A stretch of DNA of 64,000 nt from Candidatus Eiseniibacteriota bacterium (GTDB lineage: Bacteria > Eisenbacteria > RBG-16-71-46), in NCBI GenBank assembly GCA_963717505.1, contig OY970342.1, forward strand, positions 128,001 through 192,000, in the 5' to 3' direction. The translations under genes and the position numbers were made by a program. The notes under the pieces were generated by a model that worked only from the letters and a program-made list of their open reading frames with translations, was not told the origin of the DNA and did no database searches. This document shows, piece by piece, positions 38,743 to 49,087 of this stretch. The first letter of the stretch is position 1, and each line of letters begins with the position of its first letter.

Positions 38743-41361
38743 ATGTTCTCCTCGGAAGACCAGCCGACCGTCGGACCACCGCGTCCGGCGGCGAAACCCA
38801 CGCCGCCCATGGAAGACGACGAAACGGTCTCGATTCGGCCGGGAAACATCGCTTCCGGGCTCACGGAATCTTCCTCCGGCCGCTACCAGTTGCTACAACG
38901 CATCGGCTCGGGCGGCATGGGCGAAGTCTTCGAGGCCCAGCAGGTCGAGCCGATCCGCCGGCGCGTCGCGCTCAAGCTGATCAAGCGCGGCATGGACACC
39001 GAAGCGGTGGTCGCACGCTTCGAGTCCGAGCGCCAGGCCCTTGCGCTCATGGATCACGAGTGCATCGCCAAGGTGTTCGACGCCGGGATGACCGCCGACG
39101 GGCGGCCGTTCTTTGCGATGGAATACGTCAAGGGCATTCCGGTCACCGACTACTGCGACCAGAACCAGCTCGGCATCCGCAAGCGCCTCGAACTGTTCCT
39201 GCAGATCACCGAGGGGGTCCAGCACGCCCACCAGAAAGGGATCATCCACCGCGATCTGAAACCTTCGAACGTCCTGATCACGGTCCATGAGAATCGTGCG
39301 GTACCCAAGATCATCGACTTCGGGCTGGCCAAGGCCACTGCGCAGTCGCTGACCGATCGGGTCTTGTTCACCGAGATCGGCGAGCTGATGGGAACCCCGG
39401 AGTACATGAGCCCCGAGCAGGCCGAGCGGACTGGGCTCGACGTCGACACCCGCACCGACGTGTATTCGCTCGGGGTGTTGCTGTACGAACTGCTGGCCGG
39501 TGCGCTCCCGTTCGATTCCAAGAGTTTGCGCGAAGGCTCACTCGACGACGTCCGCCGCCGATTGCGCGAGATCGATCCGCCGACGCCCAGCACCCGGGTG
39601 ACCACGCTCAGACTGAGTCCTGAAGAGGCCAAGCGGCGTTCGGTCCCGTTGAGCGCGCTCTCGCGGCAGCTCCGCGGCGATCTGGACTGGATCGTCATGC
39701 GGGCGATGGAGAAGGACCGCACGCGCCGCTATGCGTCGGCCTCGGAACTGGCGGCCGACATCGTGCGCCACTTGAACGACGAGCCGGTGCTCGCCGGCCC
39801 CCCCGGACGCCGCTACCGGATCGAGAAGTTCGTCCGGCGCCACAAGGTCGAAGTCGCTACCGGTGCGGCGGTGTCGGCGGCACTGCTGCTCGGTTTGATC
39901 GGGACCGTGATTGGATTCGTCCGCGCCCGTCAGGCGGAACGAATAGCCACCGAAGAAGCCGAGACCGCGCGACAGATCTCGGACTTTCTGGTCGGCATGT
40001 TCCAGGTGGCTGACCCCGAGTCGACGCTGGGCAACACCATCACCGTTCGCGAGATTCTCGACCGTGGCGCCGTGCGCATCGAGCACGGCTTGAACGATCG
40101 ACCGCGGCTCCAGGCGCGTCTGCTCGAAACCATGGGCCAGGTGTACAAGAGCCTGGGCCTGTACTCGGCCTCGCAGCCCCTGCTCGAGCGATCGCTCGCG
40201 ACTCGTCGCAACCTGCTGGGCGAGATCCATCCCGAGGTCGCGCTGTCGCAAACCGCACTCGGGGATCTCATGCGCGTGGCCGGTAATCTCTCGGCCGCGG
40301 AGTCGCTGCTCACCAGGGCCCTGGCCACACAGGAGAAGCTACTTGGCCCCGAGCACCTGACAGTCGCCTCCACGCTGGTCGATCTCGGATCGGTGTACGT
40401 GGCGCAGGGCAAGTTCAAGGAGGCCGAACCGCTGCTCGAGCGTTCGCTGGCGATCCGCGAGCGACTGCTGCCGCCCGAGCATCCGGACCTCGGGCGCAGC
40501 CTGAGCGAGCTGGGCATCCTGCGCTGGCGCCAGGGAAAGTACGCCGACGCCGAAGCCTTGCTCGGCCGCGCAATCACAGTTTGGGAGAAGAGCCGCGGGC
40601 CCGATCATCCGGATGTCGCGCGCGCCCTCAACAATCTCGCGATCGTGCTGCGCAACGCCGGCAAGCCGAACGCCGCGGTGCCGCTCTACCAGCGGGCACT
40701 CGCCATCTACGAGAAGGCACTCGGCCCCGAACACCCGCGTGTCGCGACGACACTCAACAACCTGGGGCTCGTGCTCTACAGTCAGGGCGACTACGCAGCG
40801 GCCGCACCGATGTTCGAGCGCGCACTCGCGATCCAGGAAAAGGTGCTGTCCCCGGACCATCCGAACCTGGCGGCGACGCTCAACAACCTAGCCAACCTGA
40901 GGAAAGCGCAGAAGAACTACCCCGCCGCGCGCGCCCTGCTTCAGCGCGCGCTCGCGATCCGCGAAAAGTCGCTCGGTCCGGATCACCCCGACGTGGCGTG
41001 GAGCATCGGCGACCTGGGGATCTTGATGCGCGAACAGGGCGACTACGCGGGCGCCGAGGTGCAGTTTCGTACGGCACTGGCGACGTTCGAGCGGATCGGC
41101 CAGCAGGACGGCGTGGCGTGGACGCTGAACGACATGGCTCTACTGAATCAGCGTCGCGGCGACACAGCCACTGCGGAGAGCTACTTCCAGCGCGCGATCG
41201 CGACCTTCGAGGCCAACGTCAGCACCTCGCACCCGGATCTCGCGGAGTTCCTCGACAACTATGCCGGGCTGCTCCGACAGTCCGGTCGATCGGCCGAAGC
41301 CGAGCCATTGGCCAAGCGGGCGGCGGCGATCCGGAGCGGACAGCCGGCGATCTCGAGCTAG
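38743..41361 (+). CDS. Ser/Thr protein kinase with TM helix and TPR repeats
   Basis: IGSGGMGEV, VALK, HRDLKPSN, IIDFG, GTPEYMSPEQ, GDLDWIVMRAMEK; kinesin-light-chain-type TPR units (LGPxHP..A..LNNL). Confidence 0.95.
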   Translation: MFSSEDQPTVGPPRPAAKPTPPMEDDETVSIRPGNIASGLTESSSGRYQLLQRIGSGGMGEVFEAQQVEPIRRRVALKLIKRGMDTEAVVARFESERQALALMDHECIAKVFDAGMTADGRPFFAMEYVKGIPVTDYCDQNQLGIRKRLELFLQITEGVQHAHQKGIIHRDLKPSNVLITVHENRAVPKIIDFGLAKATAQSLTDRVLFTEIGELMGTPEYMSPEQAERTGLDVDTRTDVYSLGVLLYELLAGALPFDSKSLREGSLDDVRRRLREIDPPTPSTRVTTLRLSPEEAKRRSVPLSALSRQLRGDLDWIVMRAMEKDRTRRYASASELAADIVRHLNDEPVLAGPPGRRYRIEKFVRRHKVEVATGAAVSAALLLGLIGTVIGFVRARQAERIATEEAETARQISDFLVGMFQVADPESTLGNTITVREILDRGAVRIEHGLNDRPRLQARLLETMGQVYKSLGLYSASQPLLERSLATRRNLLGEIHPEVALSQTALGDLMRVAGNLSAAESLLTRALATQEKLLGPEHLTVASTLVDLGSVYVAQGKFKEAEPLLERSLAIRERLLPPEHPDLGRSLSELGILRWRQGKYADAEALLGRAITVWEKSRGPDHPDVARALNNLAIVLRNAGKPNAAVPLYQRALAIYEKALGPEHPRVATTLNNLGLVLYSQGDYAAAAPMFERALAIQEKVLSPDHPNLAATLNNLANLRKAQKNYPAARALLQRALAIREKSLGPDHPDVAWSIGDLGILMREQGDYAGAEVQFRTALATFERIGQQDGVAWTLNDMALLNQRRGDTATAESYFQRAIATFEANVSTSHPDLAEFLDNYAGLLRQSGRSAEAEPLAKRAAAIRSGQPAISS

Positions 41362-41630
41362 CGTTCTCCGAATCGCACCCGAGCCCGCTCGCGTGCCCGC
41401 TGCGCTTCGACCTCGCGATCACGTGGGGGTGCGGTGGTCACCATCGAGTCGAGCAATCGGTGCGCGACGCGGGTGACGTCGTCCACCGCGCGGTCGAACG
41501 CTTTCTCGTTGGCGCGCGACGGCTTGGTCGTGCCGCTCAGTTTGCGGACGAACTGCAGACAGGCCGCGCGGACTTCCTCGTCGGTGGCCGGCGGATCGAA
41601 GTTGAACAGGGTCTTGATGTTCCGGCACAT
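41358..41630 (-). CDS. DUF2277 family protein
   Basis: MCRNIKTLFNFDPPATDEEVRAA.LQFVRKLSG signature; GAGG RBS. Confidence 0.9.
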   Translation of the reverse strand: MCRNIKTLFNFDPPATDEEVRAACLQFVRKLSGTTKPSRANEKAFDRAVDDVTRVAHRLLDSMVTTAPPRDREVEAQRARERARVRFGER

Positions 41631-41774
41631 GGCGTTCCTCGTGGATCTGGGTCGTTACGAACTCCGTGCAGTACCTTCCCGGCTCGCGCGCTATTCTAGC
41701 CGAACCCGAGCTCACCGAAACCCGGAGCGACGAACCCCGCCGGTCCGCGCGGGACCAACCCAGGAGCCATCCCG

Positions 41775-42425
41775 ATGTCCGAGACTTCGACCCTGGTCAC
41801 CGAGGAGCACTTTCATTACGTCGCAGCGCGCACCACCCCCGAGGACGATTTCCTGCGCGACCTGAAGCGCGCCGCCTCGGCGGCCGGCATTCCCTCGATC
41901 TGGATCGCGCCCGAACAGGCGAGCTTCATGCAGATCGTGCTCCGGCTGGCCAAGGCGCGCGACGTGGTCGAGGTCGGCACGTTGGCCGGCTACTCGGCGA
42001 TCGCCATGGCGCGGGCACTGCCCGCCGACGGCCGGGTGCGCACCATCGAGCTGGAGCCCAAGCATGCCGAGTTCGCCCGCCAGTGGGTCGCCAAGTCGGA
42101 CGTCGCCGGGCGCGTCGAAGTCGTTCAGGGCGCGGGCATGGACGTGCTGCCCGGCTTCGCCACCGACTCGGCCGACGCCGCATTTCTCGACGCCGACAAA
42201 TCGAGCTACTCCAAGTACCTGAAAGAATGCCTGCGCATCGTGCGGCGCGGTGGGCTGATCATGGTCGACAACGCGTTCGCGTTCGGTCAGCTGTTCGACG
42301 ACAGACCGGACGACAAGGAGGTCGGTGCGGTGCGCGCGTTCAACGACCACATGGCGAAGGTGAAGGAACTGCAGGGAGTGATCGTGCCGATCGGCGATGG
42401 GCTCTGGGTGGCCGTCAAGCGCTAG
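41775..42425 (+). CDS. O-methyltransferase (caffeoyl-CoA OMT family)
   Basis: VEVGTLAGYS, FLDADK, GGLIMVDN, PIGDGL. Confidence 0.92.
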   Translation: MSETSTLVTEEHFHYVAARTTPEDDFLRDLKRAASAAGIPSIWIAPEQASFMQIVLRLAKARDVVEVGTLAGYSAIAMARALPADGRVRTIELEPKHAEFARQWVAKSDVAGRVEVVQGAGMDVLPGFATDSADAAFLDADKSSYSKYLKECLRIVRRGGLIMVDNAFAFGQLFDDRPDDKEVGAVRAFNDHMAKVKELQGVIVPIGDGLWVAVKR

Positions 42426-42472
42426 ACACCGGTCCAGCGCCGCGGTTGCGACGGCGCACTCGACGCGTGGTG

Positions 42473-44032
42473 CTATCGCGCGCGCCAGCGTTCTCCGTCG
42501 CGTGTCGCGCGCCCCTCGGCTTCGAGCTTCAGCAGGTGCGCGAGCAGTGATCGCTCCGCTAACGCCCACAGCTCGCGCGGCGTCTCGGCGTACGCGCGCT
42601 CGACCAGCTCGGCGAGTGTGCGCGGCTCATCGGCCAGTGCGTCGACCACCTTGCGCTCGCGCTCGCGACGATGCGCAATCAGACTCGCGATGCGGCGTGC
42701 CACTCCCCCCTGCGGCGAGCCGTGCGCGGGGAACATGGTCGCCACTGACTCGCGCCCCAGGCGCTCGAGCGACTCGATGTAAGCCGCCATGTCCCCTTCG
42801 GGCGGATCGATGATCACGGTGCCGCCGCCACCCACGATGTGATCTCCGGTGAACAAGGACTGGGTCGGCTCGTGCACAAAACACAGGTGCCCGCGCGCAT
42901 GGCCGGGCGTGTGGATCGCACGCAGGTTCCAGTGGTGCTGGTTGGCACCGCCCGCCAGCTCCACCAGGTCGCCGTCGGCAAGCCTTCGGTGCACTTCGAT
43001 CGGCCTCGCGATCTGCGCGAGCTGATCCGCGGTCCGAGCGTGGGCCATGACCGGAATGCCGTAGCGCTCGCGTACCGCAGGGACGCCACCATAGTGATCC
43101 GGGTGCGCATGCGTCACCAAAACGCATGCCGGCGCACGCCCGGCAGCCGCCAGCGAGTCGATCAGCGAGAACAAGGTCTCGAGCTCGTCGGGATCGTCGC
43201 TCCCAGGATCGATCACCGCCATTCCCCGCTCGCCGACCAGATACGCGTTGGTATGAGTCGCGGGGGGCAGCGGTCGCGTCTGCATCGGCTGGAGCACGAT
43301 GCCGTAGCACAGCTCGATTCGCCGCGCCGGCTGGCCGGCGCGCTCGGGTCCGGTGCGCAGGCGCGCGGCCACGTCTGAGGCCATGGGGTCCAGGCCCTGA
43401 TTCGCCGCCTCGGCCAGGTCGCGGAGCGTCACCAGGATCGGCGCGGCGAAGATCGCGTGCCCCCGTAGCCAGGCGTCGAGTGCCTGCTCGGGGGCAATCC
43501 ACGCTCCCAACTCGAGCTCGCCGGGCTCGATGCGCGGCTCCTGACCTTCGGGCACGCGCGCCAGGAAGAACGTGGTGTCGAAGCGCGCGGTGGAGAACGG
43601 CGGCGTCATCCACCGGCCGGCGGGCTCCAGGGCCTCGGCGCGAAACGACCAACCTTGCGCGCGCGCGATCACGGGCAGGCGCCCCGTACCCTCGAGCAAT
43701 GCGCGCTGGGCGGCCTCGAGGGCGGCGGGATCGGCCGGCGCGGTCGCACCGAGCAACACGCCGGTCTCTTCGAGGGTCTCGCGGATCGCGCACGCGCGCA
43801 GTGCGCGGTCGCGGTCGTCACCGGCTCCGGTGAGGGGCAGCTCGAGGTCGTCTTTGGCCACGCCGCCACCCGGGAACGCGCGAAATCCCGGCATGTAGGG
43901 CACGGCGTCGCTGCGCAGTACCCAGAACACTTCGGTGGCCGGGCCGCGGCCGCGCACCAGCACGACCGCCGCCGACTCGCGAAAGCGCGGCGGAACCGGG
44001 GCCGAATCGTGCGTCGCCGCGTTGGATTTCAC
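42473..44032 (-). CDS. NUDIX + MBL-fold (LACTB2-like) fusion hydrolase
   Basis: FPGG...AIRETLEETG Nudix box, RFDTTFF; THAHPDH, TPGHARGH, TGDH, PAHG; C-terminal winged helix (AHLLKL). Confidence 0.9.
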   Translation of the reverse strand: MKSNAATHDSAPVPPRFRESAAVVLVRGRGPATEVFWVLRSDAVPYMPGFRAFPGGGVAKDDLELPLTGAGDDRDRALRACAIRETLEETGVLLGATAPADPAALEAAQRALLEGTGRLPVIARAQGWSFRAEALEPAGRWMTPPFSTARFDTTFFLARVPEGQEPRIEPGELELGAWIAPEQALDAWLRGHAIFAAPILVTLRDLAEAANQGLDPMASDVAARLRTGPERAGQPARRIELCYGIVLQPMQTRPLPPATHTNAYLVGERGMAVIDPGSDDPDELETLFSLIDSLAAAGRAPACVLVTHAHPDHYGGVPAVRERYGIPVMAHARTADQLAQIARPIEVHRRLADGDLVELAGGANQHHWNLRAIHTPGHARGHLCFVHEPTQSLFTGDHIVGGGGTVIIDPPEGDMAAYIESLERLGRESVATMFPAHGSPQGGVARRIASLIAHRRERERKVVDALADEPRTLAELVERAYAETPRELWALAERSLLAHLLKLEAEGRATRDGERWRAR

Positions 44033-44116
44033 GGGCGCGATTCTAGGCCGGTGGTGCTGCCCCGTCACTTCGTGCGGAATGCCCCGGTCTGGTGCGGCGA
44101 ACCCGCGGGTTCGACC

Positions 44117-45007
44117 TCAGTCGCCCGGGTCGGTTGCGACGTAGACCCGGCCGTTGGTCGTCATCAGACGGATCGGGGCCCCGCCCTTGCCGAGCTCGGC
44201 GCGGAAGCGCCGGCCTTGACGGTCCGTGTATCGCCCCTCGATCCCGATGTCCATCTGACCGTTGGTCGTCCCGGTTTCGAGCGTGGCGTTGTAGCCGACG
44301 GGAATCACCAGGTTGACGGCGCCGTTGGTGGTCTGCAGGTCGAGACCCGATCCCTGCCAGTGGTCGCCGTCGAGCGCGACCGCGAGGGCGCCGTTGGTGG
44401 TGCGCCCACTCACGTTCCCAGACACGCGCTTGAGCCCCACGGCGCCGTTCAGAGTCTCGAGGTCGATCGCCCCCGAGACACCCTCGATCCGAATGCCGCC
44501 GTTGAAGGCCTCGAGGTCGAGGTCGGTGACATTCGGGGTGTATATGCGAAGGCTGACGCCCCACCAAGGCCCCTCGGTGCCGCTTCGTTCGGGGCCGGTG
44601 GTTCGAATCTTGGCTTGGTCGGTTTCAACCTTGACCTGCTGGGCGAGTTCGCGCGCATCCGCTTCGGACTTTCCCCAGGTCTGGACCTTGGCGAGCACCA
44701 GGACGTCCTTCTGCTTCCAGCCCTTGACCTGAATGCTGCCGTTCATTCCCGCGTCGACAATCAGCCGCTTGGCCGCGGCCAGGCGTGTTTCGCGGACTTC
44801 GCAGTGCCCGACACTCTTCCCGTTCCAGTTGTGGCTTTGGGACTCGTCGCACCATTCGTCCTTGGCCGACGGCTCGGGAATTTCGTCATTGGAGACTCCG
44901 CGCATGCCGGCGCGAACCGACGTGGCGCTGCCATCGAAAGCGGAGGCGACCGCGAGCGCGATCCCGAGCAGGATCGCGATGGAGGGCCCAACGGGCGGCT
45001 TGGTCAT
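44117..45007 (-). CDS. DUF4097/adhesin-like beta-strand repeat protein
   Basis: Signal peptide, repeated (T/F)NG-x-(I/V/L) units. Confidence 0.8.
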   Translation of the reverse strand: MTKPPVGPSIAILLGIALAVASAFDGSATSVRAGMRGVSNDEIPEPSAKDEWCDESQSHNWNGKSVGHCEVRETRLAAAKRLIVDAGMNGSIQVKGWKQKDVLVLAKVQTWGKSEADARELAQQVKVETDQAKIRTTGPERSGTEGPWWGVSLRIYTPNVTDLDLEAFNGGIRIEGVSGAIDLETLNGAVGLKRVSGNVSGRTTNGALAVALDGDHWQGSGLDLQTTNGAVNLVIPVGYNATLETGTTNGQMDIGIEGRYTDRQGRRFRAELGKGGAPIRLMTTNGRVYVATDPGD

Positions 45008-45116
45008 GGGGAACTCCCATCCGGTTGGCCGGCAGTCGGGCCGCCGGCTGAGTGATCGTCGTCAGGGTCTAGGACAGGAGCGGCGGGAAAAGGGTTGGAC
45101 GCGATCTTGCGGGGGT

Positions 45117-46784
45117 TTAGCGACGAGCCAGCCACATTCGTCCCCCGAGGGCCAGAGCCAGGAATGACGCGGCCAGACCGGCCCACAAGAGGGGCAGCCC
45201 GCGGGCGACCGCCTCCGCCGAGCCACCGGTGTAGTCGAGGACGGCCACCCGGTTGATCGCCAGGTACCAGAGCAGCATGTAGAGCACTTCGAACAGTTTT
45301 CCGCTCCCGGTCCAGGCGCCGAGGGCGATCGCGAAGGCGGGTATGAAGCACGCCCCCGCGACGATCCCGGCGAGGTGCCCCCAGGCCCCGGCAATGAGGA
45401 CCCGCACGAGGACTGCGACGGCCACCAGGATCGCCAGCGCCACGCCGGCCATCCACGAGGCGAGCACCGGGCGTAGCACCGGACGCGGCGCCGACATCGT
45501 CAGCTCAACCGTGCCATGCCGTTGCTCGCGGCCTCCGAGGCTCGACCAGTGGAGCATGGGCCAGATCCAGAGGATCGGCAGCAGCCACTCGAGCACGACC
45601 GGCAGCGGCGCGAAGCACGCGCCGACCGTCAGCCCGAGGATCGGAACCCACCACCACCGGCTGGTGCCTTTCATGAGGAGAACGAACTCCTGAACGATGA
45701 GCGGCGCCAGAGTCGGGCGCCGGGCGTTTGCGGGGAGGGCGCTCAGATGCGTGATGCCCGCGGGCGCACCCACCGCGGCTGCCGGGGCGGCATCGACGAG
45801 TGAAACCTCCAGAGGCGCGCTCGCCGGCGCGCCGCGGATTTCGGGCTCGCTCGACGGACTCTTGCGTCGCCGGCGTGGCCGCTTGGGCTCGTCCTGCCGC
45901 TGGAATCGGTCGAAGATCAGCGAGGACACGCCGAGCAAGCCGAACGCGCCGGCGAGCCACGCGAACCGTCGCGACAGGATCTCGACGCTCCACTCGACAC
46001 CGGGCCACTCGAATGTTCGCGGCCGCCAGTTGGCATCCTCGTGGAAGTTGAGGCCGGCGGAGAAGTTTTCGAGCCGTGCGGGCTCCTGCGGATACGCGCG
46101 CGCTTGCGCCTGGTAGATCGAAGGCATCGCGGCCGAGAACCCGACGAAATCTGCGCCCGGCGGCGGATAGCGGCCGTCGCTCAGGCTGCCCGAGGTCTGA
46201 AGCATCGTGATCCACACGATGAAGAACACCACGTTGCCGAAACCGCCGCGCAACCAGGGCACGACCTCGAAGAACACCGCCACACTCGCGGTCACCGCCA
46301 TCGGCGGCAGCGCGATCCACAGAAACGGGGCCACCAGCGCCCACAGGTCGAGCCGCATGTCCTCGCCGCGCAGCAGCTGAAGTCCGCCGGCGGCGATCGC
46401 GACCACCGCGATCATCCCGGTGAGCAGGGCCATGTTGCTCAGCCACTTCCCCGTGACGTAGGCGAGACGCGTGAGCGGCGTGCTCGCGAGGATCTCGCCG
46501 ACGCGGGTCGCGCGGTCGCGATCCACCGCGTCCTTCACCAGATAGAACCCGGCGAACGACAGGAACACGCCGCACAGGATCGCGCACAGCAGGCCGACGT
46601 AGGCGGAGCTGTAGGCCGGTCGAAAGTTGTCGATTTGCATGGTGATGTAACGGGAATCGAACCGGGGCAGGAACACGTTGGCGGCCCCAACCATGGCGGC
46701 GGTGGTGACCAGCGTGCGATGCCGGCGTACGCGCTCGAGGAAATCGGCAGTCGCGACGGCGAGCGCGCCGCGCAGGAGACTCAC
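45117..46784 (-). CDS. ABC transporter permease
   Basis: GTGA-coupled to ATPase; DR..RVGEILASTPLTR..YV.GK ABC-2-type motif; multiple TM helices. Confidence 0.8.
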   Translation of the reverse strand: MSLLRGALAVATADFLERVRRHRTLVTTAAMVGAANVFLPRFDSRYITMQIDNFRPAYSSAYVGLLCAILCGVFLSFAGFYLVKDAVDRDRATRVGEILASTPLTRLAYVTGKWLSNMALLTGMIAVVAIAAGGLQLLRGEDMRLDLWALVAPFLWIALPPMAVTASVAVFFEVVPWLRGGFGNVVFFIVWITMLQTSGSLSDGRYPPPGADFVGFSAAMPSIYQAQARAYPQEPARLENFSAGLNFHEDANWRPRTFEWPGVEWSVEILSRRFAWLAGAFGLLGVSSLIFDRFQRQDEPKRPRRRRKSPSSEPEIRGAPASAPLEVSLVDAAPAAAVGAPAGITHLSALPANARRPTLAPLIVQEFVLLMKGTSRWWWVPILGLTVGACFAPLPVVLEWLLPILWIWPMLHWSSLGGREQRHGTVELTMSAPRPVLRPVLASWMAGVALAILVAVAVLVRVLIAGAWGHLAGIVAGACFIPAFAIALGAWTGSGKLFEVLYMLLWYLAINRVAVLDYTGGSAEAVARGLPLLWAGLAASFLALALGGRMWLARR

Positions 46785-47668
46785 GCGGCGGCGATCGTCA
46801 TGCGTGATTGGTGCACCGCGTCGAGATAGGCGTCCTCGAGCGTCGGCGTCGCCGGGCGGGCCTCGGCGGCCGGTGCGCTCGCGCCCACCGCGCGCACCTG
46901 CAGCCCGTCGGGACGCCGGGTGACGCCGACCACGGTCGTGCGTGCGCGAACTTCGGCCAGGGCCGCGGGTGCGATCGTCCACTCCCACACGCGCCCGGCA
47001 GCACGGGCAACCAGGGCTTCCGGCGACGCATGGGCGATCAGCCGGCCGCCGGCGATCAGGGCGATGGTGGTCGCCGCAGCTTCGACGTCCGAGACGATGT
47101 GGGTCGAGAGGATCACGATTCGCTCGCCGGCCAACTCGCCGAGCAGATTGCGAAAGCGCATGCGCTCTTCGGGGTCGAGCCCGACGGTCGGCTCATCGAC
47201 GATCAGCAGCGTCGGGTCGTTGAGCAACGCCTGGGCGATGCCGACTCGCTGGCGCATGCCACCCGAGAAGCTGCCCAGCGGACGATCCTTCGCGGCCGCG
47301 AGGTTGGTCAGCTCGAGCAGTTCACCGATCCGCCGCTCGATGGCCTGGCCGCCGAGTCCGCGCACCGCCGCCAGATAGCGGAGGAACTCGAGTGCCGTGA
47401 GATTGGGATAGACGCCAAAGTCCTGCGGCAGATAGCCGAGGCTGCGGCGCACGGCGTCGGGATCGCGCAAGGCGTCGATACCGTTCCAGGTCACGCGCCC
47501 GGCACTCGGCCGCGCGATGGTCGCGACGATGCGCATCAGCGTGGACTTGCCGGCGCCGTTCGGCCCGAGCAGGCCGAGCACGCCGGGGCTCAGTGTCAGG
47601 CTGAAGTCTTCGAGCGCGCGCACTCCGCCGCGGTACTGCTTGGAAACCCGATCGATGGTTAGTTCCAC
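46781..47668 (-). CDS. ABC transporter ATP-binding protein
   Basis: GPNGAGKST, FSGGMRQR, VDEPTVGLD, LSTH. Confidence 0.95.
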   Translation of the reverse strand: MELTIDRVSKQYRGGVRALEDFSLTLSPGVLGLLGPNGAGKSTLMRIVATIARPSAGRVTWNGIDALRDPDAVRRSLGYLPQDFGVYPNLTALEFLRYLAAVRGLGGQAIERRIGELLELTNLAAAKDRPLGSFSGGMRQRVGIAQALLNDPTLLIVDEPTVGLDPEERMRFRNLLGELAGERIVILSTHIVSDVEAAATTIALIAGGRLIAHASPEALVARAAGRVWEWTIAPAALAEVRARTTVVGVTRRPDGLQVRAVGASAPAAEARPATPTLEDAYLDAVHQSRMTIAAA

Positions 47669-47711
47669 GCGGGGAAACTACTCGGCGGCGGAACCGTCCG
47701 CCAGCGCGGCC

Positions 47712-47760
47712 ATGCGCTGGCGCTATGCGCTGGCGCTATGCGCTTTGGGCTACGCGCTCT
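47712..47760. repeat. Short 13-bp tandem repeat
   Basis: ATGCGCTGGCGCT x2 followed by degenerate copies running into the lat stop codon. Confidence 0.6.
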
Positions 47761-49087
47761 TGGCCACGCTCATCTCCAGCGCTCGCTTGAGAATCCCGAG
47801 CGCCTGGTCCAGCTCCTCAGTGGTCACGTCAAGCGGCGGCCGGAAGCGCAGGCCGCGTTCGCCGCACGGCAGGATCATCATCCCCAGCTCGTAGGCTTTC
47901 TCGCGCACCTGATTGCGCAGCGTGCCGTCGGCAAAGTCAATTGCGCACATTAGCCCGCGGCCGCGCGCGTTGGACATCAGGTCGGCGCGGTCGCCCTGCA
48001 ATTTGTGGAGCCCCGCGAGCAGGTGCTTGCCCGTGGCCTCGGCACGTTCGACCAGCTTGTCCGCTTCCATGATCTCGAGGAAGCGCTGGCAGCGCACCAT
48101 GTCGACCAGATTCCCGCCCCAGGTCGAGTTGATGCGGCTGCCGACCTTGAACACGTTCTCGGGCTCCTCGTCGAGCTTGCCGCCGGCCATCATGCCGCAC
48201 ACCTGCGTCTTCTTGCCGAAGGCCAGCAGGTCGGGCTCGATCCCCCAGTGCTGATGGGCCCACATGCGGCCGGTGATGCCCATGCCGGTCTGGACTTCGT
48301 CGAAGATCAGGAGTGAATGGTTCTCGTGCGCGACGTCTTTGAGCGCACGCAGGAACTCGGGCCGGAAGTGATTGTCGCCGCCCTCGGCCTGGATCGGCTC
48401 GATCAGGATCGCAGCGATCTCGTCCTGCCGATCGCGGAACGCGGAGCGAATCGCGTCGAGCGACTCCTTCTCGGCGGCCATCACCCGCGTGGTCTCGGCG
48501 TCGGTCACGGGGAAGCGCAGCTTGGGATTCGAAACCCGCGGCCAGTCGAAGTGCGCGAACAGCTCGAACTTCCTGGGGTCAGCTGTGTTGGTCATGCCGA
48601 CCGTGTAGCCGGAGCGGCCGTGGAAGGCCTCGCGGAAATGGAGGATCTGTGTGCCTTTCTCGCCGCGCACACCGCGCCGGCGATTCTGGCGCACCTTCCA
48701 GTCCATCGCGGCTTTGAGCGCGTTCTCGACCCCGGCAGCCCCACCGGCGATGAAGAACACGTGCGGCAGGTGCTCCGGCATCGCAAGCCGCGCGAAGGTC
48801 TCGACGAATTCGGCCATTTCGACGGTATAGACGTCGGAGTTGGTCGGATTGACCAGTGCAGCGCGCGTCAGCTTCGCCAGGAATTCGGGATCGCGCAGCA
48901 TGAGGTGCCCGGGGCCGACCGGCATGGTCGCAAAGAACGAGAACATGTCGAGGTATTCGCGCCCGGTGCGTGCATCGTGCAGGTGGCGCCCCCGGCTCTT
49001 CTCGAGATCGAGCACGAGATCGTAACCATCGGCCAGCATGTGGCGCGCGAGGGTCTCGTGCACGCGGTCCGGCGTGATGCGGGTCAT
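47750..49087 (-). CDS. lat: L-lysine 6-transaminase (class III PLP aminotransferase)
   Basis: HMLADG, YLDMFSFFA, VENALKAAMDWK, EPIQAEGGD, FDEVQTG, FGKKTQVCG, RINSTWGG. Confidence 0.93.
   Translation of the reverse strand: MTRITPDRVHETLARHMLADGYDLVLDLEKSRGRHLHDARTGREYLDMFSFFATMPVGPGHLMLRDPEFLAKLTRAALVNPTNSDVYTVEMAEFVETFARLAMPEHLPHVFFIAGGAAGVENALKAAMDWKVRQNRRRGVRGEKGTQILHFREAFHGRSGYTVGMTNTADPRKFELFAHFDWPRVSNPKLRFPVTDAETTRVMAAEKESLDAIRSAFRDRQDEIAAILIEPIQAEGGDNHFRPEFLRALKDVAHENHSLLIFDEVQTGMGITGRMWAHQHWGIEPDLLAFGKKTQVCGMMAGGKLDEEPENVFKVGSRINSTWGGNLVDMVRCQRFLEIMEADKLVERAEATGKHLLAGLHKLQGDRADLMSNARGRGLMCAIDFADGTLRNQVREKAYELGMMILPCGERGLRFRPPLDVTTEELDQALGILKRALEMSVAKSA

Noticed and set aside
39900-41300. 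Periodic DNA repeats in kinase, FG-GAP, HAF and PD40 genes
   Set aside because: Explained by protein repeats (TPR, propeller blades), not independent DNA elements.
44095-44120. GGTTCGA T-loop-like motif
   Set aside because: No complementary T-stem, acceptor stem or CCA.
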